A DNA stretch of 63,926 nt, the filler included, from Dugesia japonica (lineage: Eukaryota): NCBI GenBank assembly GCA_001938525.1. It is 5 parts of 5 records of this genome, joined end to end, with 100 filler letters (N's around TTAATTAATTAA, not from the genome) between each part and the next. Parts side by side here need not be neighbours in the genome. Positions count along the whole stretch, not along the records: positions 24,228 to 32,584 come from MQRL01519673.1; positions 32,685 to 53,337 come from MQRL01640044.1; 3 more parts are not named here. One strand, 5' to 3'. A model generated the notes under the pieces. That model searched no databases and had not been told where the DNA came from. It was given only the letters and a program-made list of their open reading frames with translations. The number at the start of each line of letters is the position of its first letter. Position 1 is the stretch's first letter. Below, in pieces: positions 30,301 to 42,439 of this stretch. The translations under genes and the position numbers were made by a program.

Positions 30301-31074
30301 TAGAATTAATGTTTTACAATTGATTTTGTTAAAGTATATTAATTAAAATATGTCAAACAATTATTTATTATTAAATAAGTTTGTTTAAACATATTAATTA
30401 AATATGGCCTGAATGAAATAATTTTATATTATTACATCATTTTAACAATATCAAATAAGATTTTTTATTTAATTTGTTATATTATTAATTTATTTTAGAT
30501 TATTTAGAGAAAATATATTATGATTTGTAATATATAAAATGGAAAAAATTTGAAGAACAAAAAATTTGAAGAACAAAAATTGAAAAACAAAAAATTGAAG
30601 AACAAGACCCCCCGACCAGCAAGTGTTCCAGTGCCTACGTATCTACCTTTTGACAAATTATGAAAATAAGTAAGAATTTATTTTATTTAAATTAAACGGT
30701 AATCATTTTCTTAAATTGTAATAATTTTCGTAATGATTTTATTTTAAGTTAACAATTTTTAAAATTAATAATTTTATTCTTTTTTATAATAATTGTTATG
30801 AATTCTTAATGATATGATTAAAGTTATTGTAGATATGGTAACTTATTGTGGATTATAATCATTATTATGAACTTCGACAGTAAGTAAGGATTTATTTTAT
30901 TAAAATTAAAATGTTAATAATTTTATTTAAATGTTAATGTTTTTCTTAAATGATTTAACTCAATGAAATTTTAGTAATGATTTTCCTTAATGATAATAAG
31001 TAATGATTTTCTGTAATGATTTAATTTAAAGATTTATTTAATAACAGTTTACTTTGAATTCTTTACCATTTTGC

Positions 31075-31350
31075 GGATCTAAGTCTAGCCAAATATTGGC
31101 ATTGACGACTAACTGTTTTTATCTTATAAAAGTTATACAGTAGTAACAATGTATACTTGAGACCGGATGTGAACGGTTGGAAGCAATGCTGCCAGAGATG
31201 CACATACAGTAATCGAGCTTAGTCTAGTAAAAACTACACAAGCTGATCAATAGGTTCAATTATAAATGGACTCAATTGGATGCTAACAGATCTTGATGGA
31301 TTCGCTCCGTCGGACTGTACATGTTGGAGGAGGTAATGTAATGGTATGAA
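31075..31350 (+). repeat. Dispersed repeat, homologous to 59190-59490 in the opposite orientation
   Basis: Shared GACCGGATGTGAACGGTT, TAATCGAGCTTAG, AAAACTAC.CAAGCTGATC and GAGGTAATGTAATGGTATG. Confidence 0.85.
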
Positions 31351-32433
31351 ATTCAATCAAAACATTTTTTGAAACAATGTATGAAAATAATTTTAAATGA
31401 TATTACTGATAATAATTTTACTTAGAATGCAAATAATATACTGATCAATTTAAACATATAAATATTAAGAGTGATTTTCCTTGGGATAGTAATCGTTTCT
31501 TTTGGTGAGCAGGTAATATTAATGAAACTGTAAACATCTAATGTCAGGAGCATTGCATAGTTTTGTTCAGGGATCATCTAATGTCGGTTACAGCCATGAG
31601 TGTGTAGCCATAGACATCTCATAGTTTTTACCCTGTAACAATTAATATTTTTAACTATCATCTCATAGTATGTACACTGAAACATCCATTAGTATGAAAC
31701 CTAAGCAACTACTGTAAATAACGCCCGGGGAACATTGAATATTAATGTTAATATTGTCCGGGGGAATATTTTATGTTAATATTGTCGGGGAAATATCACA
31801 TTCAATAAATTTTATTTAATTTAAACAAACATAAGCTTTTCAATAACTTTTCCATGAAGATACTCAAAATTAATAATTTCATTAAATTTAAACAAATAAT
31901 NNNNNNNNNNNNNNNNNNNNNNNNNNNNNNNNNNNNNNNACTTAATTTAAACAAAATAAATAATTTTACCTCATTAAAAACAAAAAAACCTTTAAAAAAT
32001 TATTGTTTAATCTTTACATAACCATGGCATCATCATTACGCAATCATCAACATACCGACTAAATTTCGACCAATTCAATTGAAGTGTTACTACCGCAATC
32101 ACGCAATCATCAAAAAAAGTCTGTCCAATCAAATCGCTGGAAACATGTGTTCAACCAATCAAATTTCTTCTGCAAAAAGGGGGGGTACTGCGGCAAATGA
32201 CAGTGCGTCAGTGCACACATACCCACCCTACTATCTAATATCCATAATTTCATTTAAATTATTATTAATATTTATTATTAACTATTATTATCTTATCGAC
32301 AAATAAATCAATTTCTGTAATAAGATTTTATAAATATTTCAAAAATTTGGTTTAAGATGAAATTTTGCCCAGTCANNNNNNNNNNNNNNNNNNNNNNNNN
32401 NNNNNNNNNNNNNNNNNNNNNNNNNNNNNNNNN

Positions 32434-32584
32434 CCGGTAAGGTGATGGCGTCTGTATTTTGGGAGGCGAACTGAATAATATTTATCAACTATCTCCAAAA
32501 ATGAACCACCATCAACAGCGACTATTACTATGCACTTTTGGATCGATTGAAGGCTGAAATCGCAAAGAAACGGCCACATTTGCA
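32434..32584 (+). mobile_element. Mariner transposase fragment, irritans (Himar1-like) subfamily
   Basis: GKVMASVFWEAN*IIFINYLQK*TTINSDYYYALLDRLKAEIAKKRPHL closely follows the Himar1 catalytic-domain sequence as I recall it. Confidence 0.88.
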
Positions 32585-32684
32585 NNNNNNNNNNNNNNNN
32601 NNNNNNNNNNNNNNNNNNNNNNNNNNNNTTAATTAATTAANNNNNNNNNNNNNNNNNNNNNNNNNNNNNNNNNNNNNNNNNNNN
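32585..32684. other. Artificial contig linker N44-TTAATTAATTAA-N44
   Basis: Same structure as 9534-9633. Confidence 0.9.
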
Positions 32685-33363
32685 TATATTTGTCTGGTTT
32701 TCTCTTTATGCTTAGTATTCGCCTCTATTCGTCTTGCTTTTGTTGTCAACTCTTCTAAGTTTTTATACTCTGCTGCTATCAGAGCATCTCGAATATGTTT
32801 ATGTGTCCCATTTAGAAACTGAAATTCTATAATATGACCCGTATTTTCTCCTTTTCCAAAAGCTTTTTCTGCTAACCTTGTTAGCTCATATATATATTCA
32901 CCCACTGTTTCATTTGCTGATTGTACTCTATCTCTAAATTTTTTTATACAAATTCGTTCTAATTCACTTGGGACTATTATCTTTTTCCTCAATTTTGGTA
33001 TTAACCCATCCCATTTATCCGATTTGTTGTCTAAGTTTTTATAGCATTTTAATACATGTTCTTTTAAGTAAAGTGGTAACCTTTTAACTAGTTCTGCTTC
33101 TGTCCATCCACAAGCCGTGGCACAAACCTGAATATGCTCGAAATACTCATCAAATTCCTCAGGTTTTCTTGCATAGAATTGTATGGGTAATATATTTAAA
33201 TAACCTTGGTGACTAAATCCACCTCCTACTTGACCATTCAATAGTAAATTTCTGAAAGGTGTATTTTCATCGTTTTTATTTCCCGTAGTCATTTTTTTAA
33301 TCTCTCTATTTCTCAAATTATATACTATATCTTCTTCAATGATTATTCCTTCGGTATCTTTTC
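32685..33363 (-). CDS. gag: Ty3/gypsy Gag, capsid region (partial)
   Basis: FYARKPEEFDEYFEHIQVCATACGWTEAELVKRLPLYLK...RVQSANETVGEYIYELTRLAEKAF...QFLNG, typical of retrotransposon capsid/MHR. Confidence 0.85.
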
Positions 33364-33725
33364 NNNNNNNNNNNNNNNNNNNNNNNNNNNNNNNNNNNNN
33401 NNNNNNNNNNNNNNNNNNNNNNNNNNNNNNNNNNNNNNNNNNNNNNNNNNNNNNNNNNNNNNNNNNNNNNNNNNNNNNNNNNNNNNNNNNNNNNNNNNNN
33501 NNNNNNNNNNTTATATTATCAGAACTTTGGTAAGAGATTGCGGCAGGAATTCAATCCAAATCTAATACCAAACTTAAGATAATACAAATTAATCAACCTT
33601 GATAAGAGACCGTAGTAGGATTTTCTCCAATGTCTGATATCAAACTGACCAATACACAGTATATTTTAATAAAGGTCTGAACACCCGCTTGATTTTAAAC
33701 TAATTTTAATAATTTTGGTACTTTT

Positions 33726-33818
33726 ATTCCCGGTTCGCTGCACCAAATTTGTTGGGTATTTAAACTCAACAAAAGATTTTACGGTTCGATTTATTTATAA
33801 CTATTGTTTCAATTAAAA
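33726..33818 (-). promoter_or_regulatory. End of 5' LTR (...CCCAACA at 33750) and primer-binding site (tRNA-Gly-like) of the minus-strand gypsy element
   Basis: The minus strand reads CCCAACA-AATT-TGGTGCAGCGAACCGGGAAT. This resembles the complement of a tRNA-Gly 3' end and lies upstream of gag. Confidence 0.7.
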
Positions 33819-34389
33819 NNNNNNNNNNNNNNNNNNNNNNNNNNNNNNNNNNNTTTTTATGTCAATACTATATTATATAAAGATATTTTACTGAAATTTA
33901 TAAATATAGTGATATATGGTATATGCCTTATATAAATGACTAAGCAATACCTTTTATAAAACTTTATTTTGAGTATATACACCTATCAGCAATATTTTAG
34001 ATATCAATCTAGTAATGCCGCCCTTAGAGGTTGAACTCTAGTTGAATCAAAATTGTCTGATGAACAACTGAAACTAATCAGTATATATACTGATTTAGCA
34101 TTCGTAGTTTCACATACATTAAAATTGAATCATTAAAACAACTGATTAGTATATACAATTTTTGCAAAATATTATTCATAAAAATAATTATTTACAATAA
34201 TATTTATAAAATAAAATTTTTATCATAAAAAATGAATGTTCCAATAAAATAAAAATTTTTACATAAAATAAATGTTCCAATAAAATAAATTAAATGTGCC
34301 AATAAATCACAAGGTCGATTATTAAATTAAATGTTCCAATAATTCACAAGGTCGATTATTATATAAAGTTTCTTTGATTGAATTGGATT

Positions 34390-35150
34390 GATTTGGTCGA
34401 ATTGGATTGATTGTGCTCGAATACTTCTTTGGTGTTTATTTGCTTTGGACTTGGTGTTTTTTATTTTTTTACATGTTATGTTTTATATATTTTGCCTGCG
34501 TGCTATGTTATGTTCAAATCTCAACATCATTGTCATGATTTTGCCGCATTCATTCCGTGGATTATCTATTTCTACAACTCATTCTTGATCAGTATCGGAG
34601 TTATCATTGATTTGCTCTATATATGTTTGTTTAAATAATTGGATTCTGGTTGCTATACTTACTAGAGATTTTATAATAGCGATCTTACTAAGTTTTGGGA
34701 AATTAAATTGTACATTTAAGTAAACTGTAGTAGAAACTTCTTCTTCTTTGAATGTATTATGCAAATGAGGCATAACCCCAGATAGTTCTGTTCGTCTTTC
34801 ATAAATCTGTTCCTTTAAATTAATTAAAAGTTCATTGCTTAGTGTTGAATTTATTTTGCTCAGCTCTTCAAATAAAAACTTAAAAGTGGTGTCTGCTGAA
34901 ATTAAATTTGAATCTTTCCAACACAAAGCTTTGACGGCAAGTATTGCTGGTTGAAGTGCGGAAATAGCTACATATATTGCTTCAAATTCTTCGTCACTTA
35001 AAGAATCTAATTTTAAATCTATAATAGATTTTGTATACAACTCTTTAGCTTATAAAATCGTTCTTACATTGAAAATAAACTATTCCAACGTGTTTTACAA
35101 TAAATATTAATATCAGTTCCTTACCGAATTCAGCTTTGACATAAAGTTGC
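34390..35150 (-). mobile_element. hAT transposase fragment
   Basis: CKTRWNSLFSM*ERFYKL (hAT TRWNS motif), followed by ...ALQPAILAVKALC..DSNLISADTTFKFLF. Confidence 0.85.
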
Positions 35151-35526
35151 AATATTTATTTATATTTATGATACATTATTTTATCCCAAGACAGATCGTA
35201 AGGTTAAGAATAGGTACTACCTTGTCATGAAACCATCATTTCATATCTACTTATGTATTTAACTGTATTTATAGGGTTCATTGTACCTTTTAACTAGTCT
35301 AATTGATGTATTTGTATGTACTTAATGTTATTAGTTTTATTGTGAGTGTATGTATTATATGAAATTATTAGATTTTTTATATGTATTATACGTCTATATT
35401 GAGTTAATTTTGTGTATTATACGACTTTATTGAGTTTATTATGTAATTATTACTCTATAGAAATTATTTTATGAAATAAAGAAACTCTATTGAGTTAAGT
35501 GAGTGTATTATATAAATCTATAAGGT

Positions 35527-36202
35527 TTAAAATATGCATACTTGATCATCTTCATAATTCTCCAACCATACAGATTTTAACAAAGGAACATCACCAACAA
35601 TTATAGGTTCAACAATATTACTATAGATGAACATTCGATGTAGATTAGTGATTAATTTCGGATATTTAGCACTAATGAATTTAGTATGGACTATATTTAT
35701 ATAATGGCGAGTATATGTTTTTCTGTCTAATCTCAATGATTTTGCCAAGAAATTATCGAATGTAACACTTTTAACATTTTCCAATAACGAAAATCGGAAT
35801 GGTTCATCATTTTTTATAGTAAATGTTTTGAAAACAGACTTACTCATTTTTGTGATGAAACGACTAAATTGGTCAAAATTCGATATGTAATATTCGTTTT
35901 GTAAAGATATGAATTTATTAGTTTCTATTGAAAACACTAATTTCATNNNNNNNNNNNNNNNNNNNNNNNNNNNNNNNNNNNNNNNNNNNNNNNNNNTTCG
36001 TTTTGTAAAGATATGAATTTATTAGTTTCTATTGAAAACACTAATTTCATTTTCATAACATCAATCGAATTATTCTTTTTTAAGTTTTGATATTGTATGG
36101 TAGAATCTGATTCTTTATTATTCCTTAAAGTATTAAATCCAAATCTTTTGGCATCTTATAAATTGTCAAATATTACAACATAATCATGATGTTTAAATAT
36201 AA
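35527..36202 (-). pseudogene. Maverick/Polinton minor capsid (penton) C-terminal fragment
   Basis: RMFIYSNIVEPIIVGDVPLLKSV motif. It is homologous to 54591-55103 (QLYIYSSIVDLILFGDVRVLLLRSI; DAKRFGFN versus DARLLGFN). Confidence 0.75.
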
Positions 36203-36601
36203 TTAGTCGGGGGATAGTAGCGCACGACCCCATTTTTTTAAAGCAGTTATCAAGGATTTAATACACCTTGAAAAAATTGGCAAAACAATCGAGATATACA
36301 ATGTAATACCTGTGGAAGACGGAGACATATAGCCTGCGACTGTAGGAGTAGAGGTAATAATAGCAACAACAATCGATTTTGTGCCTATTGTAAGAAGACT
36401 AACCACAACATAGAAACGTGTTTCTTGAAAAATCCAACCGTCTGCTATAAGTGTAACAGAAGAGGACATATGGCAAAAGAATGTCAAAACGGTAATAAAA
36501 CAAATTATAATCGGAATCCGAATACGAATTTGGATAATCTAATGCAAGAAAATGAGCGATTAAAGTAAAAAGTAAATCAAAACAAGGGACAAGTTAATTT
36601 A
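36203..36601 (+). pseudogene. gag: Gag nucleocapsid with three CCHC zinc knuckles (missed by the ORF track)
   Basis: From 36302: CNTCGRRRHIACDC, CAYCKKTNHNIETC, CYKCNRRGHMAKEC. Same frame as ORF 36602. Confidence 0.9.
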
Positions 36602-39309
36602 GTGCATCAAAGTACTTTCGACAATGTGTACTACAAGGTGCAACAGGAAAATGACTGGCTCAAGTGGCAAAACCAAGATTTGCAGGTACAGCAGGAGAGA
36701 CTAGCCAAAAGAAACCTATTAAATGAACCATACAAGAATCAGTGCAATATGGTTAGGACGCACAGGCAAATTTATAACCAGCATGACGAAAAAACGGAAG
36801 TTACCGAAATGGAAGATACTCGAAAAAGAATATTGATTACGTCGCAAGAATTTGACTGGACTAAAGAGATCATCTATAAAACAATAAAACCGTCAGTACC
36901 GACCACCGGAAGAAGGCCACTGATGAACCAGTTCCTCCGATCATATCAACACCCACAAGTACACGCAAAGGTAAGGGCTAACTGGCAGAAAACAATATCG
37001 GATTATATCACCGAGCTGTATAAAGAAACCCAGTTAGAAGACTATGAGTTAGAAATTCAATATGTATGGCATAACAACGTAGAGGTCATTCCAAAAGGAG
37101 TTAAGGTACCATTAAAAGGGTTGAATGTACGACATTTGAAAGAAGCTATGAACGAGATAAAATGGAGCAAAGTAAATGGTATCAAGGGATGACTGTAAAC
37201 TCGTTTCTCGAATTACCACCGTTTGACGCGCAGCAACGATGGAATGGAAAGTGGAGTGAGCACAGACTGCTATTAGGTAATATAGGAATCAATATTCTTC
37301 CAGATGATCGGAATCTAATATTTAACGGAGCACGACCCCATGAAACTACCATAATTAAATTTATAAATTGGGATTCGGTATTCCGACCACAAACAGTAAT
37401 TCAGGAAATAGAAACTGACGAACTATATCATAATCTTGAGGAAACATTCCTAAAGGAAATCGTTCCAATCCAGTCTCAAACATAAATACGGAAACGATTG
37501 GGGACGGTAAGGCTAATGGACTATCCAGAATTGGAATAAGCCAAAGCGTCACGATTATCCTTGGCACGAATTGATGAGATACTGATAGCGGCGCAGAAAT
37601 TACATGACACGATAAAGAAAGAAGTATACCTAAAGTTGACAAATCGATTGGTCGAACTATTGGAAGTGATACAACTAATTACCGAGTGCGAAAGCGATTG
37701 GACAGAATGGTTACCGGTGCATTACGAATGGGTAATATCCAACATGGGATTATCGGATTACCAAGTATGGCTATATAACCCGGAAGGAAATATGAAACTG
37801 ACGCTCATATGATTAATGGTAGAGGATCTGGAAGCTGCGCTTAAGCAAGCTGGTTATCCAAGCATAACCGATAAATATGTATGCACACCAAGTGCTATGG
37901 TAGATTTTACCGCCAGAAAGAAACATCTATAAGATTTTGGAGTAAAACCAGAAGAGGGCACTGAAATCGTAGTATTGGACAAACACCGTGGTATCGACTA
38001 TGACATCAGGATAACAAAAACCGGAAGATCAGCTTTAAAAATCATAGGAGAAATGGAATATCTATATAAACAAGGAGTAGAGCCAATTAAAATCAAGATA
38101 CTTTCCACGGTACTCGAAAAAAAAGATAAACTGACAAAGGAGGAGAGGAAACAGTTGTTAATGACGCGTAACGACTTCCTCACGCAGCGATTGGAGAGAA
38201 AAGAGAGGAAATGCAACATGATAAGAATGCGACAGATGCCATCGAGAGAGGTAGTAGCAATGCGTAAGGTGGAAGAAATGGTTAACCGAGTACAGATGAA
38301 GAAGGAGAACCTACCCCGAGAAACCTGTCGGATGATAATGAATAGAATCTATGACATATATGACGGACTAGAAATACCGGAGGAAATCGAGAACCAATGG
38401 CTCGTGATTAGGCAGAAAAAATATTGGCAAATACCAAAATTCAGGAATCTAAATTATATTTGAATAAAGGTTAAAATGAACAAGAACTGACTAAATACAG
38501 TCGATTAAAACCACAAGGAATAACCATGATAGATTTAATGGATGCCATTACCGATAAGTGGTGAGAACAAGAACTAAACATGGTACCTCTGTTCATAAAT
38601 GGCAAATTGGTCGAGACAGACGACGAGGATAAGCACATATTCCAATGCCACGTAAAGCCTGGAGAAATATGTGAGTTGGATGTAGATGAGGAGCCATAGG
38701 CGGGTCAATCACCGGATCTCGAGGAGTGAATGGAAGAGATAACAGAATTATACGTATCCGAGGTATTGTCTGGTATAAAGAAACAAGTAAAAGAAAATCA
38801 GCGAATACAGAATATTGATAACCTACCAATAACCACCACCAAATCAGTTGTATTTCCGGAAGGGACACCAACAATACGCGATATTCGGATGAAATATACA
38901 AAACCGATAACGGAAAAATCCGCTACGTTTCACGCTATCAACGATCTGTTAAAAGTAACCCGAGAAACTCGACCAGTTGTGAATATCAAAGTATATCGGA
39001 AAATGATGAATAATCTACGGGATTTGGCAATTTATGGACAGCTCAGCTTGTGGGCTCCAGCACAATGGTTGAAAGAGAAAAACCTATACAAAGAGGAAGT
39101 ACAGAATACATCCACTTTATCCGACTATTCTCTCAGAGTCAGCCTACTTAGTAAAGAGGGAAGCATAAAAAAGGTAGATATGAGAACGCTGAAAGGACTA
39201 ACGATCAACCATATCATAAAACCAATCAAGAAATGGCTATGGCCAAAATCACTCAAGTCCTATAAAATGCAAGCAGAAGCAACAAAGATTATATTAGCCG
39301 AGAAAGAGA
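36602..39309 (+). pseudogene. ~900-aa polyprotein region of unknown function between Gag NC and the glycoprotein (ORF pieces 36602, 37162, 37561, 37975, 38730)
   Basis: Near-continuous coding fragments on one strand, broken by stops and frameshifts; no motif recognised. Confidence 0.6.
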
Positions 39310-41615
39310 ACCACTACAATACTCTTATTATCCCTAATGATGGGCAGAAGTGAAGCCATATTAGCATACGACTGCGATGGAATGCAAGTTGGAAAGGAAG
39401 TATTCTCATTAATGGATACAAAAGAATGTACAGATGCAAACCCAGAGAAAATCTTACTCCGTAATAATTCCATTTATCATCTATATTAGGAGTCAGATTA
39501 TTATAAGGCCAAGTACGCGAATGTACAGTAACGGTAAAAACATTTATATTTTATTGTGGGTATTACAGTTAAACTTCGGTCATTGATCCAGGAACAGTAA
39601 GACATCCTGTAAATCTAACCGGACAACAAAGCGATGAAGGATTTTCCACAGGAAAGATCACCATCAAACATGGGACTCAGGTCATCGCCAAGAAAGGGCA
39701 TGTAATCGACCAACTCATAGAAGCAGCAGGAAGTATATCTTCACATAAAGGTCACTGCGAATACGGTACATACACTATACGAGGAAAGGTCTGGGAGTAT
39801 GCGGTAGCAATTGAAACCTATAACGTATAACTCAAGGAATACGAGGCATTCTTTGATGCCCAAGATTTGACTTTGTAAGGAAGGTTATATTGCAAAGCAG
39901 CAGATGGATCAGGTAATAAAGGTACATCAACATTAACATATAAAGTAGAGCACCAGGACTGTAAATTAGCACACTTAAAAGAAGCAATGTTCAATTAATA
40001 TCAAGGGCAACGAGCTATAACGCCTATCGATCAAGCACCAAAGGAGGGTAATCTAAACGATAGAATAGATAATCTCAAAGAAACGATAAGATCAGGGCAA
40101 AGATCATACGATCAACAATGGCACACAACTCCTAAAGTGTTAATGTCCTCAGAGCAAGATGAGACCATCCGGCTAATTAAAGGAAATGCAATGTCAAAGT
40201 GTGGGCAAATAGAGTATAAAACGAACTACAAAGGAATATTCGTTTCGGAACATCGTATAAAAACAGCTCAAGCCGCAGTGATGTCACAGGATATCAAATT
40301 GCATCTGTATGCCAATAATAAAATGGATAATTTATTTCATCGCATGTAAGATACCATCGGACATATGTACCACGATCTTATTCAAAATGACTGCACAATA
40401 AATAAAGAAATATTGAAGACAAAATTAGCAATGGCGGTTACAAACCCAGATAGTGTCACTCCTCTACTTCATTCGGTAGAGTAGTAGGAGAAGTAATTTA
40501 CCTGTACAAATGTAAGGCTATAGATGCAAAAGTTCTCTTCTAATCCAAAAAACTGATATAATGAAATAGAAATTATCCACAACAACGATAAACGGTACGT
40601 ACAACCATTTACGCGAATCATATCACCAATGGGTTATAGGCCAAATATCATAAATTGCTCTAACGTATTTTGGCCACAATACATAATGACAGATGGTTCA
40701 TGGATACGATTTCCGTAACGAATGGCAGTGAGAGTCGAACCACAAAAATTCTCCATGTTACGGTTGAATAGGGGTATGCAATTCACTCCAATTGACGTAA
40801 ATAAAGGAGGAATTTACAGCCGGGAAGATCTGGAGAAAGCCAGGGAATACATGCTGTTCCCAGTCCGAAGGATGCAAATTCTATCAAATATAGTACAATT
40901 AACCAGTGGAACTAACAAAGATGAACGAGTGAATTGCGATGCATTATTGTCAGCAGATCACTTTCAAAAAGTCACAGAAAACGTAATGCAAAAAATGTGG
41001 GGACGATTCATCATATTTGGACAAGCAATGGCAGGATTGTTGGGAGTTATGCTGATAATTTCGGTAACACGAGTAGTGATTACTCAATTGTTCGCATTTT
41101 TTTATATATACAAAAGAGAGAAAAAGGTGAATTGGAAAATGGTAATGGGATTATTTCCATTTTTAGCCAAGACTATGGTGCTTAATAGTCACTCCAAGGA
41201 TATTGACAGGGTAAAGAGATTCATTCCAAAACTCGGACAAATACGAGGATCAGNCAAGGAAGTTATAATGCAACTCAGACTATTATGCGAAGAAATGAGC
41301 AACGCTAAGAAGAAAATATCTTATTTCAACCAATTCAAAGAAAGATTTAAAAATAAAGGCGAAAGTAGTAGCAACAGTGACGACGTTAGAGGGGAAAGCA
41401 GTGGAACCCCTCATGTACCCAATTATAAAACTGCCATGGAATATGTCACAGAATTCAAAAGGCAGCAATACGAAAAGATCAGCAAAATGCAACGACTAAA
41501 AAACGCGTTAAAATTCGGAGGAGGAGAAAGCACACCAGCACCAGCGCAAATGTATTATTACGCCTATCCGCAACATGGTTGGCAACCCATGAACCAACCA
41601 CTCCAACAAGTATGA
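39310..41615 (+). pseudogene. env: Chuvirus (Jingchuvirales)-type envelope fusion glycoprotein, decayed
   Basis: Signal-like TILLLSLMMGRSEA|ILAYDC...FSLMDTKEC; REC.V.VKTFIFYCGYYS*TSV; GEVIYLYKC; QPFTRII..NCS..PQY...GSW; GGIYSREDLEKAREYMLFP; TM region WGRFIIFGQAMAGLLGVMLII. This motif series matches chuviral glycoproteins as I know them. Confidence 0.85.
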
Positions 41616-41809
41616 GCACCAGGTCCCATGTACAACAATCCGTATGTAAGCCCACTACAAGCCCAGAATATGGCGCTATTAACGGATAACAATGTATCAA
41701 CTATGGACCGAAGAATAATCGAACAAAACTTACGTACTCCAAATAACCAGATTAAGGAGGAGGATAAGTTAGAGACTCAAACCGTATGTATGATGATTTC
41801 TCAAAAAGC

Positions 41810-42100
41810 AAAATTATTACAGAAAAGGATACAAATCGACGGAAGATTGGTAATAGCTATTATTGATACAGGAACAAGTACGACGTTAGTCCATAAGAGG
41901 ATATTAGAAGATTATTGCCTACTTAGAATAACAATCAAAAAGGAGTTATCATCACGGCCTTTGGAAAAGAAAAATCTCACCCATTGGAGAAGCAATATGT
42001 GCGTTAGAAAGCGATGGAATCCGTTTCTGGCATAAACTGCAAATAATGAACGAATTAACGTTCGACTGTTTATTGGGGTTGGACCTCTTGCCACGCCTCT
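41810..42100 (+). pseudogene. Retropepsin aspartic protease domain 1
   Basis: IQIDGRLVIAIIDTGTSTTLV (DTG at 41865-41873), then after a frameshift ...FDCLLGLDLL. Confidence 0.85.
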
Positions 42101-42439
42101 GTCCCGAGGGAATATTGGATTTGAGAAAACTAACGATACGAGAAAACTACGATTAAGAGTATGCACTGGTAGGATATCAGAAAACTAGTATAATAACCCA
42201 ACAGAAACGACCACAACAATTGAATCAGCCAACACCCAACCGACTGAGACAGCGGCCAACTGGCCGAAATAAACAAAACAATTCGAATCAAGACCGTCAG
42301 AAAATCACCAATACAACTACCTTGATAAGGGGCGATTGGATAAGGTTTCAAGAACGAGAACCAAGATGGAAAAACAAAATACCAACAAACTGCAATCATA
42401 ACCCTTCAGATGTAGTATGCGCAAGTCTCAATGGCGGAC

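Larger units (their letters stand above)
24847..32232. mobile_element. Putative non-autonomous Maverick/Polinton-like derivative with terminal inverted repeats and nested insertions
   Basis: About 40-bp inverted repeat ATGTG..ACTGACGCACTGTCAT.TGCCGCAGTACCC at 24849-24890 versus 32180-32220. The right end reads AGTAGGGTGGG on the minus strand. ATCTAA flanks both ends (24841-46, 32233-38). Confidence 0.45.

Noticed and set aside
33726-33745. tRNA gene (ends in ...GCACCA on the plus strand)
   Set aside because: Only ~20 nt match a tRNA 3' end including CCA, next to an LTR end, so it is a primer-binding site.
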